A DNA stretch of 64,000 bases from a bacterium (GCA_963693055.1 OY843751.1:576001-640000), one strand, 5' to 3'; shown: positions 49,507 through 59,328, numbered from the stretch's first letter. Made by a program: numbers and translations. The notes: a model not told the origin generated them from the letters alone.

Positions 49507-50199
49507 CTAGAAATTTACGCCAAAAACATGCACCAGTGTAAGATAGATGCCAACCAGTATAAAAATTGTTCCGGTTACGCAACGGCCCCATTTCTCAATT
49601 ACCGTGATGTTGTTATACGCTTTGGATATGTATTGCGTGCCCAAGGATATGATTATAGCAAAAGCCAGTACCGGCAAGCCCGTTGCAATACCATAGACCA
49701 TGGGAAGCCAAACCCCGGAACCCATTTTAACGGCAATGGGGAGCAGGCTGCCAAAAAACAAGGCGGCAGATACAGGACAAAAAGAGAGCGCGAAAAGAAT
49801 ACCCAGAAAAAACGGCGCCCATAATCCCCAACTCCCGATCTTTGCCTGCAATTTCATACTGGTACCGGGAGAAACGAGCCGAATGTTTAATAACTCGAGC
49901 AATACCATACCCACCAAAATCAGCAGGGGGCCCAGTGCCATGTTGATATATTTCTGCATAAAATGCGATAGCCCCGGTGCGTTCAACAGGCTGGAAACCA
50001 GGATGATACCCAGCCACATATAAGCCAGGGTTCTTCCGGCTGTATACAACAGTCCGGTAATCAGCACGCGTTTGGGTTTATCCGCCTGCTTGCCGATAAA
50101 AGAGATGGCCGCAATATTGGTTGCCATTGGGCAGGGACTAATGGATGTAAGAATGCCCAGCCAGAAAGCTGTGCCTAGCGAGAGTAAGAGTTCTGCCAT
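49507..50199 (-). CDS. ArsG-like / CcdA-DsbD-type membrane protein, copy 2
   Basis: TSISPCPMATN and ALSFCP Cys pair; 6 TM segments. Confidence 0.82.
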   Translation of the reverse strand: MAELLLSLGTAFWLGILTSISPCPMATNIAAISFIGKQADKPKRVLITGLLYTAGRTLAYMWLGIILVSSLLNAPGLSHFMQKYINMALGPLLILVGMVLLELLNIRLVSPGTSMKLQAKIGSWGLWAPFFLGILFALSFCPVSAALFFGSLLPIAVKMGSGVWLPMVYGIATGLPVLAFAIIISLGTQYISKAYNNITVIEKWGRCVTGTIFILVGIYLTLVHVFGVNF

Positions 50200-50654
50200 C
50201 AGATGCTTGCCAGTAAATCACGGGTTTCAGTCTGGATATAATCCACATATTTTTCTTTTTCGGGAACCAGTTCCCATACCCGTTCCAGGTTTTTCCAGCT
50301 TTTCTGCTCACCCTTGACAAATTGAACCACAACGACTGATTTTGTGGTAAGCTGATAATCCTGAATATAGTGTTCATTGCCCGGAACATCGGTATTGACG
50401 GTGCGGAATTCGATCTTGCCCTTGTTCATTTCATTTACAAAACCGGTTTCAATGGCTTCTTTTGCATAGGCTTCTATGGTTTTGCAGGTGGTGCAGCGCA
50501 TATTGCCATGGAAATAATAAGCAACCACTTTGGTTTGATTGTCTGTTGCTGTCACATTGGTTGCAGATTTATTGTTCTGGCTCCATACCATATACACGAT
50601 ACTGACAGCTACAAAGGCAAGCAATACAATGCTTAGCAGTTTTTTGGGTTTCAT
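50199..50654 (-). CDS. ArsF-like exported thioredoxin-fold protein, copy 2
   Basis: N-terminal anchor; YYFHGNMRCTTC (CxxC); WKNL..VW. Confidence 0.8.
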   Translation of the reverse strand: MKPKKLLSIVLLAFVAVSIVYMVWSQNNKSATNVTATDNQTKVVAYYFHGNMRCTTCKTIEAYAKEAIETGFVNEMNKGKIEFRTVNTDVPGNEHYIQDYQLTTKSVVVVQFVKGEQKSWKNLERVWELVPEKEKYVDYIQTETRDLLASI

Positions 50655-50667
50655 TTTTTACCTCTTG

Positions 50668-50991
50668 TCAAGAGTTTAAAATTTGCATTTGTTCTTCTAT
50701 ACGTGATTTGATCACAATGTCTACACAATCCATAAAACGCAGAACGCAGGGTACTTTTAAGCTATAGAATACATTTTGGCCGCGTTTTTCATCCTGTACG
50801 ATGCCCGCGTTTTTCAATACGGAAAGGTGTTTGGAAATGGTTGAGAAATCCGCATCAATGGTTTTCACAAATTCGCAAACGCAGCATTCTTTTCCGGCCA
50901 GTTGCTCAACAATATAAAGACGGGTTGGGTGTGCCAAAGCTTTGAGAACATTTGCTTTTGCGATATAACCGGATTTATTTTGAACATCCAT
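50668..50991 (-). CDS. ArsR/SmtB-family transcriptional regulator
   Basis: KALAHPTRL, ECCVCE, STISKHL..LK.AG and C-terminal cysteines. Confidence 0.92.
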   Translation of the reverse strand: MDVQNKSGYIAKANVLKALAHPTRLYIVEQLAGKECCVCEFVKTIDADFSTISKHLSVLKNAGIVQDEKRGQNVFYSLKVPCVLRFMDCVDIVIKSRIEEQMQILNS

Positions 50992-51014
50992 TATTTATTA
51001 CCTCATTGATTGGA

Positions 51015-51051
51015 TATTTGGCAAATTAACCAAATAAAAGCTATTTGTCAA
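51015..51051 (-). promoter_or_regulatory. arsR promoter with overlapping ArsR-type operator
   Basis: Inverted repeat TATTTGG-N8-CCAAATA (51015-51036) over the -10 region; TTGACA -35 at 51046-51051 on the minus strand. Confidence 0.7.
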
Positions 51052-51090
51052 TATGTAATTTCATTATGTGAGAGTGCATGGAAGCCGGAT

Positions 51091-51786
51091 TCAAGGCAGG
51101 GTTATATGAAAAATATGTACCAACGCATTGAACAGTCCGACCAGTATGAAAATAATCCCGGTGATTTGTCTGGCTTTATGTTCAAATGCGGTCAATTTGT
51201 TGAAAAGAATACCCATTTTGTGGATGCCCGTGGCAAGCACAATGGAAATGAGCAACACCGGCAAACCTGTTGCAATGCCATATACTGCGGGCAGAATAAT
51301 GGGGGATTGGTGCTGAACCGCCAGAGGGAGCAGACTGCCGAAAAACAAGGCGGCGGGTACGGCGCAAAACGACAGTGCAAAAAGGATTCCCAGTAGAAAC
51401 GCACCCAACAGGGATAATGACGACAGCTTTTTGCCGGTTTTTTCGCTGATAGTGAATCCCTGAAACGGCAGAGAGAGCAGATCCAGCAGCACCATGCCCA
51501 CCAGTATCAGAACCGGACCAATGAGGATGTTGATGTTTTTTTGCAACAATTGGGATATTAGCGGTGCGGAAAGCAGACTTTTGACCAGCATAAAACCCAG
51601 GATTGTATAGGCTGCGGTTCTGCCGGCAGTGTACAAGAGTCCGCCCCACAGGGTCTGTTTGGGCTCTGCAAGGTTTTTGCTGATAAAGGAAATGGCTGCT
51701 ATGGTGTTTGCCATAGGACAAGGACTGAGAGTGGTGAGAATACCCAGCCAGAAAGCAGTAACCGCAGCGAGTAAATATGCTGTCAT
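51091..51786 (-). CDS. ArsG-like / CcdA-DsbD-type membrane protein, copy 1
   Basis: Start MTAYLL; TLSPCPMANT and ALSFCA; paralog of 49507-50199. Confidence 0.82.
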   Translation of the reverse strand: MTAYLLAAVTAFWLGILTTLSPCPMANTIAAISFISKNLAEPKQTLWGGLLYTAGRTAAYTILGFMLVKSLLSAPLISQLLQKNINILIGPVLILVGMVLLDLLSLPFQGFTISEKTGKKLSSLSLLGAFLLGILFALSFCAVPAALFFGSLLPLAVQHQSPIILPAVYGIATGLPVLLISIVLATGIHKMGILFNKLTAFEHKARQITGIIFILVGLFNALVHIFHITLP

Positions 51787-52241
51787 GACTGTTCTCCATC
51801 TATGAATTGCTTGATTTGTTCGCTCATGAACGCTGTGAATGCTTGCGGGTCTTTGTACAGATACCATACATCATCCAGTACCTGCCAGGTTACGAGATTA
51901 CCGTCACTGTATTTAGCCAGCACAACCGGACGTGTAGAGAGGTTGAAATCGGTTACATAATGCGCGTTTGCGGAAACATCGAGATTGATCTTGAAAAACT
52001 GGATTGTGTCGCTGTCCAGTTCACTCTGAAAATGCGATTGCAGCGTCTCGCGGGTGAGGGATTCAATGCTGGTGCAGGCCTCACAGCGCGCGTATCCGTG
52101 AAAGAAAATGACCGCTATACCGTTGTGGTTTTCCGGTGTATCGGTACGGGCGGACGAGTCCGGCCCCTCCGGCATAAAGATGACAACCACCAGACAGGCA
52201 ATGACAAACAGCAGTAATATAATTTTGATAACGAGTTTCAT
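51783..52241 (-). CDS. ArsF-like exported thioredoxin-fold protein, copy 1
   Basis: FFHGYARCEAC; paralog of 50199-50654. Confidence 0.8.
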   Translation of the reverse strand: MKLVIKIILLLFVIACLVVVIFMPEGPDSSARTDTPENHNGIAVIFFHGYARCEACTSIESLTRETLQSHFQSELDSDTIQFFKINLDVSANAHYVTDFNLSTRPVVLAKYSDGNLVTWQVLDDVWYLYKDPQAFTAFMSEQIKQFIDGEQS

Positions 52242-52271
52242 GGATTCTGGTTCATTTATTTATTCGTATCT

Positions 52272-52300
52272 ATTATAAAAAATCCATTGTGGGAATGCAA
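52272..52300 (-). promoter_or_regulatory. Sigma70-type promoter
   Basis: Minus strand TTGCAT-N17-TATAAT, 30 bp upstream of the ATG at 52241. Confidence 0.6.
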
Positions 52301-52344
52301 GGGAAAAGAAGGGGGGGATGGGTTTTGTCTCTTGGTAAGGGATT

Positions 52345-52545
52345 TTATTTGATCCCATATCCTTTTTTTACATCATGTATGGAAACTGTGGGTGCATCAG
52401 CTTCTTTTTGTTTGGCCTCTCTTAATAGACGCAGATCCTCATAGTCTTCCAATATTTCCTGTAACATTTTATATTCATTATATGGCAAAACAGCAAACTC
52501 TATTTTGCCGTCTTTTTTTAAAAAATTTGGATGCAATTCAATCAT
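52345..52545 (-). CDS. Type II antitoxin-like protein (Phd/YefM-like), no adjacent toxin
   Basis: 66 aa; DGK.EFAVLP..EY..L.E.LEDYEDL...EA pattern. Confidence 0.7.
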   Translation of the reverse strand: MIELHPNFLKKDGKIEFAVLPYNEYKMLQEILEDYEDLRLLREAKQKEADAPTVSIHDVKKGYGIK

Positions 52546-52624
52546 GATATTCTCTTATTTATATGCTTTCTTATTTTATCAAAATTAGTATTTATTTTAT
52601 ATGTGTGGATACAATTTTTTATTG

Positions 52625-54778
52625 TTAGTTTTTATTATCGCGATATGCATCAAGAAAAATTTGAACATTTTTTTTGATTTTTTTGTCTAATTTATCGTTT
52701 TTTTCTATTTCTTCAAGACGATTAAGGAATTTCTTAACATCAATCAAATTATCAAGTCTCTTCAGAGATACCTTATAAATTTTCTTTGCCACTCTGTCTC
52801 CTAATCCATCAAAACCCAGATTTTGTGACCATCTTTCACTTGTAAAAGCACGGGCTAGAATTGAAACAGATTCATTTGATTCTAATTGATTATTTGTCCA
52901 TTCTTTAATAGATGTTTCTTCATCTGGATAGAATTCTTTCCAGTATAATAGTATGTTTAGTAAATTGGGGTGGTTAATTAATTTGTCAGATTTTGTAATA
53001 GCTTTAATTTTATTTAATGTAATTGTTTTGAGCAGTGAAACATCTTTTTGGGATATTAAACATTTTTCCGGTTTTTCCTGCTGTTCCCCATTTTTAGGAT
53101 AATAATCATCAATTGATGAACTTGTAAAATCAACAAGCCATCCAACTTGAGCATTTTTGCTTGCTTTTAAAAAGATAGAACTTTTTTCCTCTAGTTCGTA
53201 TTGATCAAATGTTAATTTGCGAATAAGCCAATGTATTCTTAAATGATTATCACCCAATGATAATCCATCATTGTCTCTATCATCTTGTCTAAAAATATCA
53301 TCTGCTATCGAAAAAATAGTAGAAATTAAATTTGAGTGTTTTGATTTTTCGATTTTATGAGAATTAATATTAATTTCGTCTAAAAGAAGAGGTACTGTTG
53401 ATTTACCATTTTTACGAATTGTTTTTAATGCGTTTAAAAAGGTCTCCTTTACATAGTTTTGATCACCGGCATTCTCAATAAATTCATTAACCTTAGAAGA
53501 AGGGAGTATATCATCTCCAATACACATGCGAAAATAACTATCAAAATGTTTTTTAGAACAAACTAGGCGCTGTGCTTCCCATTTGTCAATAAAACTATCT
53601 GAATAACCAATATTTTCAAATCTTGGAAATAAACGCATTAAAGTATATTTTGCATGTTCACGATTTTTTTTGGGAACATGCTGTAAATATGATTCTATTA
53701 CTTGATGATGTTCCTCTAAGCGTTTGTATTCATATGTAAGACCACAAACTGTTTCTTTATTAATTCGAATTTTGTTGTATAGCTTGGGTTCAAATAATCT
53801 CATTGTTTCTAAAGCAACAAAATCACTAATATTCACTTCATTAGCAACAGGAGGCCAACTTACAGACAATGCATTTGATAAGCGAGTTAAATCACGTGGT
53901 GTATTGAGATAAGGAGAAATCGTATCATAAAAAATATTCATAAAACGTTTCAGTTGATCCGTGTCATTAATTGAACCACAGATAGATTCAATTTGATTTA
54001 AAATACTTTTATTCAACTCATCACGCGCTGGAATAGGTATTTCAAAACTCGCTTGAATAATTTTTTCTAGAAAATGTGGACCTTCTGATGGGTATTTCTC
54101 CTTAACAGCTTTTTCTGCAAGTTCTCGATCAAAAGCGAGTAGGTACATTACATTTGGTAATCTACCAACAGATTTTACAAGTTGGAAAATTAGTAAAGCT
54201 TCATTTGGTGTTAAACGGTCAATATCATCAATTATAATAAGAAATCGTTTGTTTTGTTCTTCTAAAGCTGTTGAAAGTCGTGAGAATATTTTTTCAATAT
54301 TTTCCCCCTCGGAGAAGAATTTTTGAGTAAAATCCATTGCGCCTGTTGTAAAAGTGCTCCAGAATCCACCTGTTGCTAAATTCATAGCTGGCCCAACAAC
54401 TGGCCCTGCCTGTAATAATATTTTTCCTAAGCGAGGAATTAGATCTTTAGTTTTTTCGCTTAGATTTTTTTGTAAAGAGGTATTTAGTTGTTGTAAAAAA
54501 GCAAGTGTTAATGCTTCTTCCCCTCTAAACCACCAACATTTAAAATCAATTATTTCAAATTTATTCTCATCTACTTTTTTTTGGAGGTGATATCGTATAA
54601 GATTTATTGCGCTTGTTTTTCCTAGGCCCCATTGCCCGTTAATCGCTATTGTTACTCCAATCGGTGATTTAATATTAATTAAACTTTGGCTCATTGCTTG
54701 AGCAAAACTATCAATGCCGAAATTATCATCTATAGGTTTTTTTATTGGAGCATCATTGAAAAAGAGTGAATTATTCAT
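52625..54778 (-). CDS. KAP-family P-loop NTPase
   Basis: D.FG...FA; Walker A GQWGLGKT; F.CWW; Walker B IIIDDIDR; FLEKIIQ; TPRD; visibly AT-rich. Confidence 0.9.
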   Translation of the reverse strand: MNNSLFFNDAPIKKPIDDNFGIDSFAQAMSQSLINIKSPIGVTIAINGQWGLGKTSAINLIRYHLQKKVDENKFEIIDFKCWWFRGEEALTLAFLQQLNTSLQKNLSEKTKDLIPRLGKILLQAGPVVGPAMNLATGGFWSTFTTGAMDFTQKFFSEGENIEKIFSRLSTALEEQNKRFLIIIDDIDRLTPNEALLIFQLVKSVGRLPNVMYLLAFDRELAEKAVKEKYPSEGPHFLEKIIQASFEIPIPARDELNKSILNQIESICGSINDTDQLKRFMNIFYDTISPYLNTPRDLTRLSNALSVSWPPVANEVNISDFVALETMRLFEPKLYNKIRINKETVCGLTYEYKRLEEHHQVIESYLQHVPKKNREHAKYTLMRLFPRFENIGYSDSFIDKWEAQRLVCSKKHFDSYFRMCIGDDILPSSKVNEFIENAGDQNYVKETFLNALKTIRKNGKSTVPLLLDEININSHKIEKSKHSNLISTIFSIADDIFRQDDRDNDGLSLGDNHLRIHWLIRKLTFDQYELEEKSSIFLKASKNAQVGWLVDFTSSSIDDYYPKNGEQQEKPEKCLISQKDVSLLKTITLNKIKAITKSDKLINHPNLLNILLYWKEFYPDEETSIKEWTNNQLESNESVSILARAFTSERWSQNLGFDGLGDRVAKKIYKVSLKRLDNLIDVKKFLNRLEEIEKNDKLDKKIKKNVQIFLDAYRDNKN

Positions 54779-55027
54779 TTAAAGCACCCCATATTAGCTA
54801 TTTAACTGAAAATAATTAATACAATACAGTTAAAGTTAGTGTGTGTTTTTTTTGAATTTCGTAATATTGATGAAACACCCGCCCATCTTTGTTTAAATTT
54901 AATTAATATAATTCTCTAAAAATATACAAGAACTTTTTTGCTATGTTCTCTCAGAGTTTTACGGCTAATCCTATCATCCCTGAATCCTATAAATCATAAT
55001 TCAGACAGGGGGGATAGAAAAAAGGGC

Positions 55028-55510
55028 TTATGAATCCTGTTGGAAGCGTTGGTCGGCCTGGCCTTTTTGGATGCGTTTGGACTCGACCTGGTCGAGCCAG
55101 CCGTTGCGTGTGGTGGGGAAATTATCAAATTTTGAGACGTAGGGCTTTATGTCCAAAAGGGGAGTGCCGTCCAGTATATCCACGTCGGATACATGCAGCA
55201 CCAGTCCGTCAATACGGTCCAGTTTGACGCAGGAAATACCAATGGGATTCGGGCGGCTGGGCGCGCGGGTGGCAAATACACCGTGCGGTGCGTCATCCAT
55301 ATAAGGGACCACCTGCATCTGCACCGGTTTGGATTTGTGACACCAGAAGATGAGCCAGATACGCTCAAATCCATCAAGGTCCTGCAATGCATCGGCATAT
55401 TTTTCATCAATTTGCACAATACCGCTAACATTGCTGGAGGCTGGCTGAATGGGGGCTCCTTGCGAGCTTTTCAGGCTGGTCTTGATGATTCCGATTTGTT
55501 CTAATTGCAT
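55028..55510 (-). CDS. tsaA: tRNA m6t6A37 methyltransferase TrmO (TsaA) family
   Basis: GVFATRAPSRPNPIG and DILDGTPLLDIKPY. Confidence 0.9.
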   Translation of the reverse strand: MQLEQIGIIKTSLKSSQGAPIQPASSNVSGIVQIDEKYADALQDLDGFERIWLIFWCHKSKPVQMQVVPYMDDAPHGVFATRAPSRPNPIGISCVKLDRIDGLVLHVSDVDILDGTPLLDIKPYVSKFDNFPTTRNGWLDQVESKRIQKGQADQRFQQDS

Positions 55511-55522
55511 GAGGGTCCTTGT

Positions 55523-55552
55523 AAAAAAGCCCCGAACCGATTGTCCGGGGCT
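55523..55552 (-). terminator. Rho-independent terminator after the DUF1080 gene
   Basis: AAAAAAGCCCCG...CGGGGCT. Confidence 0.7.
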
Positions 55553-55567
55553 GTATGTTGAGATCTG

Positions 55568-56611
55568 TTATTTGACGATTGGGGTTAAAACAATATTGCG
55601 GTACGAGACTTTGCCGTGATCGCCCTGCAGGTAAATGGGACCGGGGACAAACTCGTTGGGAGTCATGGCGCCGCCGGTACATCCGTAAACCGGTGCGTTA
55701 TCGATAACCTTGGTTCCGTTCAAGAGAACTGTCAGGTGTCGGTCACACAGGGTAATGTCAAATGTCTGCCATTCGCCGGCTGGTTTCTCAGCAGCAACAG
55801 ATGGCGTAATGCGACTATAGAGCCCACCCATATTGTGAGAATCCAGGTCTTTGCCATAGCTGTCTACAACCTGTACTTCGTAAATACCACGCAGGTAAAT
55901 ACCACTGTTACTGTGCGCGGGGACATTAACCTCGAGTTTCAAATTAAAGTCTTCAAATTCTGCTTCTGTGCGCAGGTTTCCGTAACGGATATGGGGTTCG
56001 CCTTCTTTTTGAACCGGATCGTTTACCAGTGTTCCGTCTACTACTTTCCAGCCACTGGTCTTTTCTTCTTCCATGAGTTTCCAACCGGAAAGATCTTTGC
56101 CGTTAAACAGGGTAACCGGTTCACCGAATTTCAATGCGCTGAGCTTTGGAGCTTTTCCGGGAGCAGGATTTCGTTTACCGGTAAACTCGACTATATTGAC
56201 ACCAAATCCATTTCTGGAAGATTCGTACATGCGACCTATGATTTCATCATTACCATTCAGTTTTAGTTCAATACGGTCAATGAGTTTTTGGCGTACAGTA
56301 ACATTGCCGTCTTTGTCTTTTTGACGATCTGCATCTCTGGTTCGCCAAACAATACACATGTCGTCCATGATTACCGGTTTTTCATCGCGCTTTACCACGC
56401 TGCCGCCGTACCACAACAGATCGGCTACAGGGTATTCATTGCCATCCATGTCGGTTTCAATATGCAAATCTAACCAGCCGGCACCGCCCGGCAGATAAAG
56501 CGCCCATTGTCCAAAGAATTGATTAGTAGATTCCTGTTTGCATCCTGCGGATAAAGAGATGATCAGGGTTACCAGAACCGCAGAGATTGCAAAAGTCCAG
56601 ATTTTCTTCAT
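55568..56611 (-). CDS. DUF1080 lipoprotein (3-keto-glycoside hydrolase/lyase-type)
   Basis: Lipobox SAGC; LFNGKDLSGW, NSGIYLRG.YEVQ, GEWQ and LQGDH. Confidence 0.88.
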   Translation of the reverse strand: MKKIWTFAISAVLVTLIISLSAGCKQESTNQFFGQWALYLPGGAGWLDLHIETDMDGNEYPVADLLWYGGSVVKRDEKPVIMDDMCIVWRTRDADRQKDKDGNVTVRQKLIDRIELKLNGNDEIIGRMYESSRNGFGVNIVEFTGKRNPAPGKAPKLSALKFGEPVTLFNGKDLSGWKLMEEEKTSGWKVVDGTLVNDPVQKEGEPHIRYGNLRTEAEFEDFNLKLEVNVPAHSNSGIYLRGIYEVQVVDSYGKDLDSHNMGGLYSRITPSVAAEKPAGEWQTFDITLCDRHLTVLLNGTKVIDNAPVYGCTGGAMTPNEFVPGPIYLQGDHGKVSYRNIVLTPIVK

Positions 56612-56650
56612 GTTTCACTCCGAATTAAGAATTTATGATTAATACAATTG

Positions 56651-58009
56651 TTACAAGCTCCAGCCTTCCCGATAGGCTTTGTGCAGATACGCATTTGCTT
56701 CGGGCAGGTTTGAGAATTGCTGGGTAATGGAATCCCATTTTAGAACCTGACGGTCCAGCTTTTCGCGCAGATCTAATTGCAGGGCAATGTTACCCATCAA
56801 GACGACCTCGGTTAGGGGGCCAGCCCAATCAAAATTGGATCCGGGTGTCTCTCCACCTTTTAAAGCATTCACCCATTCCAAATGATGACCGGGTGAACGG
56901 GGCAGGTATTTTTCCGGCGGTTCGTAAGCATTACGCAAAGATTCTGGCAAAATCAGATTGTTGAGGATTTTGCCTTTTTCGCCTACATACAGAATGCCGC
57001 CTGCACCCATTTGCAGACCTTCTTCTAATTCTTCAATCCTGTCGGGACGCATACCACCGTCGTACCATTTCAGGGTAACAGGGGGTAAATCTCCACGGGC
57101 TGGGAATTTGTAGGTGACAATAGAGCCCAGGGGATAGGTTTCCTTGTTAACGAGTGTGGATACGGCTTGAACGCTTTCCGGGTAACCCAGTTTAAGAGCA
57201 CGGAACGGGGCATCCAGACTGTGGCAGGCAATATCGCCTATTGCACCGGTACCAAAATCCCACCAGCCGCGCCACTGGTGCGGGTGATATGAAGGATGAT
57301 AGGGCCGCATGGGAGCGGGACCAATCCACAAGTCCCAATTGATACTATCGGGAACTGCCGGTGTATCAGTGGGGCGTTTAACGCCCTGGGGCCAGTATGT
57401 ATCGGATAATCCTTTGTTGGGACGGTCGGTCCAGACATGAAGTTCGGTGACTTTGCCGATAACGCCATCCCAGATAATTTCTTGAATACGTCGGGTTTCT
57501 TCGCTTGCCTGGCCATGGTTACCCATCTGGGTTGCAACTTTATATTGACGGGCCGCACGTGCCAGAGCCCGAGCTTCATACACAGTATGAGTGAGGGGCT
57601 TTTCCGTAAAAACACCTTTACCGCGTCTGATAACTTCCATTGAAGTTATTGCATGGTTGTGATCGGGAGTTGCAACAATAACTCCGTCAATTTCGGGGTG
57701 TTTGTCCAACATGACACGATAATCCTGATACACTTTGGCTTTGGGGTATCTTTCGGATTGTTCTTTAGTTCTTGCAAGGTCAACATCGCAAAGCCCAACA
57801 ATGTTGGCATGTTCTTCAACTTGTTTTAAATCATGGAACCCCTGGCCGCCAACACCTATACCTGCGATATTAGGTTTGTCGCTGGGGGATGGCTGGTCAG
57901 TTCCACCCAGTACATGACTGGGCACAATGGTAAATGCGGAAACAATAGCGCTTTTTGCTAAAAAGTCACGGCGGGTCAATCTGGTAGTGTCTGAATCCGG
58001 ATTGCTCAT
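56651..58009 (-). CDS. Gfo/Idh/MocA oxidoreductase with Tat signal
   Basis: TRRDFL; GVGGQG; ATPDHNH; EKPL; WDLWIGPAP; GDIACH. Confidence 0.92.
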   Translation of the reverse strand: MSNPDSDTTRLTRRDFLAKSAIVSAFTIVPSHVLGGTDQPSPSDKPNIAGIGVGGQGFHDLKQVEEHANIVGLCDVDLARTKEQSERYPKAKVYQDYRVMLDKHPEIDGVIVATPDHNHAITSMEVIRRGKGVFTEKPLTHTVYEARALARAARQYKVATQMGNHGQASEETRRIQEIIWDGVIGKVTELHVWTDRPNKGLSDTYWPQGVKRPTDTPAVPDSINWDLWIGPAPMRPYHPSYHPHQWRGWWDFGTGAIGDIACHSLDAPFRALKLGYPESVQAVSTLVNKETYPLGSIVTYKFPARGDLPPVTLKWYDGGMRPDRIEELEEGLQMGAGGILYVGEKGKILNNLILPESLRNAYEPPEKYLPRSPGHHLEWVNALKGGETPGSNFDWAGPLTEVVLMGNIALQLDLREKLDRQVLKWDSITQQFSNLPEANAYLHKAYREGWSL

Positions 58010-58226
58010 AACATCACTCCCTTGATTAATTTATAATAAATGTACATGTGGACAACAGATGCATGTATATAAAATACAGGTATAAAACATAAATATCCAC
58101 TATTTTATTTTAATTTTTTCAGGAATAACTGTGTCTTTTCAAGTCAATCCACAATAATCTAGTGAGCAGAGATGGAAGGCAATGTTTTATGATTTTAATT
58201 AGAGTTATTTTTAAGAATCTGGCTGT

Positions 58227-58263
58227 AAAAAACGCCCGGTATCTTAAAAATTCCCGGGCGTTT
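58227..58263 (-). terminator. Rho-independent terminator
   Basis: AAAAAACGCCCGG...CCGGGCGTTT. Confidence 0.75.
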
Positions 58264-58287
58264 GGTTTATTGGAAAGGACAAATTGT

Positions 58288-59142
58288 TTAAGAAATAACC
58301 GCCAATAGTCCCTGCTTGAGGGGAGTTGTTGGGCCGCCTATTAGTTTGTTAAGATCACCGGTAACCTCTGCCAGTTCACCATCTGCAATATTGGTATCTA
58401 TTGTAGCAAAGACCTCTGCAGTTACATCATCCATGCCGATACTTTGTAAAATACCTTTCATTGTATCCTTGTCAACAGATTTGTACTCGACTGGTTTGCC
58501 AATGACTTCTCCGATTGTAGCCGCAAGTTCATTATAGTCCCAGGCTTTATCTCCACCCAGTTCATAGGTTTTGCCTTCGTGTCCGTCTGTCAAGAGTACG
58601 GATACGGCACCTTTGGCATAATCCGCACGTGAAGCACTTGCAACTCGACCCGGACCTGCGGCAGCCATTATGGCCCCGGTACTGCGTGCGGCATCAATCT
58701 GGCCTGCATAGTTTTCCGTATACCAGTTGTTGCGCAACAAGGTATAATCCAGACCTGATTTGAGAATATACGCTTCCGTTTCTTTATGCTCGGGAGCGAG
58801 TGCAAGTGTGGTTGTTGCAGCCCTGGGTGCACTGGTATAGGCGATATATTTTACACCTGCCGCTTTGGCGGAATCAATAACATTCTTGTGTTGTGTAAAT
58901 CGTTGCCCCATTTCACTTGAAGAAATGAGTAATACTTTATCAACTCCGGCTAATGCTTTTTCCAATGCATCGGTATCATTATAATCAGCCACCTTTATTT
59001 GCACGCCTTTGTCAGCAAGCGATTGTGCTTTGGCTTGATTTCTGACAATGGCAACAATATCATTGGCATTGTGCTTTTCAACCAATCCGTTTACAACGAG
59101 CTGCCCCAAATGACCGGTAGCCCCGGTAACAGCTATTTTCAT
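58288..59142 (-). CDS. NAD(P)H:quinone oxidoreductase QorB/YtfG-like (NmrA-like SDR)
   Basis: TGATGHLG, LLISSSE, EH..TE, LRNNWYTEN and SRADYA. Confidence 0.88.
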   Translation of the reverse strand: MKIAVTGATGHLGQLVVNGLVEKHNANDIVAIVRNQAKAQSLADKGVQIKVADYNDTDALEKALAGVDKVLLISSSEMGQRFTQHKNVIDSAKAAGVKYIAYTSAPRAATTTLALAPEHKETEAYILKSGLDYTLLRNNWYTENYAGQIDAARSTGAIMAAAGPGRVASASRADYAKGAVSVLLTDGHEGKTYELGGDKAWDYNELAATIGEVIGKPVEYKSVDKDTMKGILQSIGMDDVTAEVFATIDTNIADGELAEVTGDLNKLIGGPTTPLKQGLLAVIS

Positions 59143-59217
59143 GATGTTCTCCTAAATCGACATAAATAATAAATCTAATTAAAAACACACAAATATCTTT
59201 TTGTGTGTTTTAAAATT

Positions 59218-59243
59218 AACAGAGGCAATAGAACGTATATTCC
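59218..59243 (-). promoter_or_regulatory. ECF sigma promoter upstream of the qorB-like gene
   Basis: Minus strand GGAATA-N16-TGTT. Confidence 0.55.
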
Positions 59244-59328
59244 AAACTGTTTTTATCGCAATGTATGGAATGCCCCGCTAAAAAGAGGGTACACGGCTAA
59301 ACAGGTAATGATGCGATTTGGGTCAAGT

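Noticed and set aside
54960-55010. Short AATCCT repeats; similar low-complexity purine/pyrimidine tracts at 36105-36125 and 60170-60200
   Set aside because: They resemble degenerate intergenic REP-like sequence, with no regular repeat-spacer period (not CRISPR) and no transposase or terminal repeats
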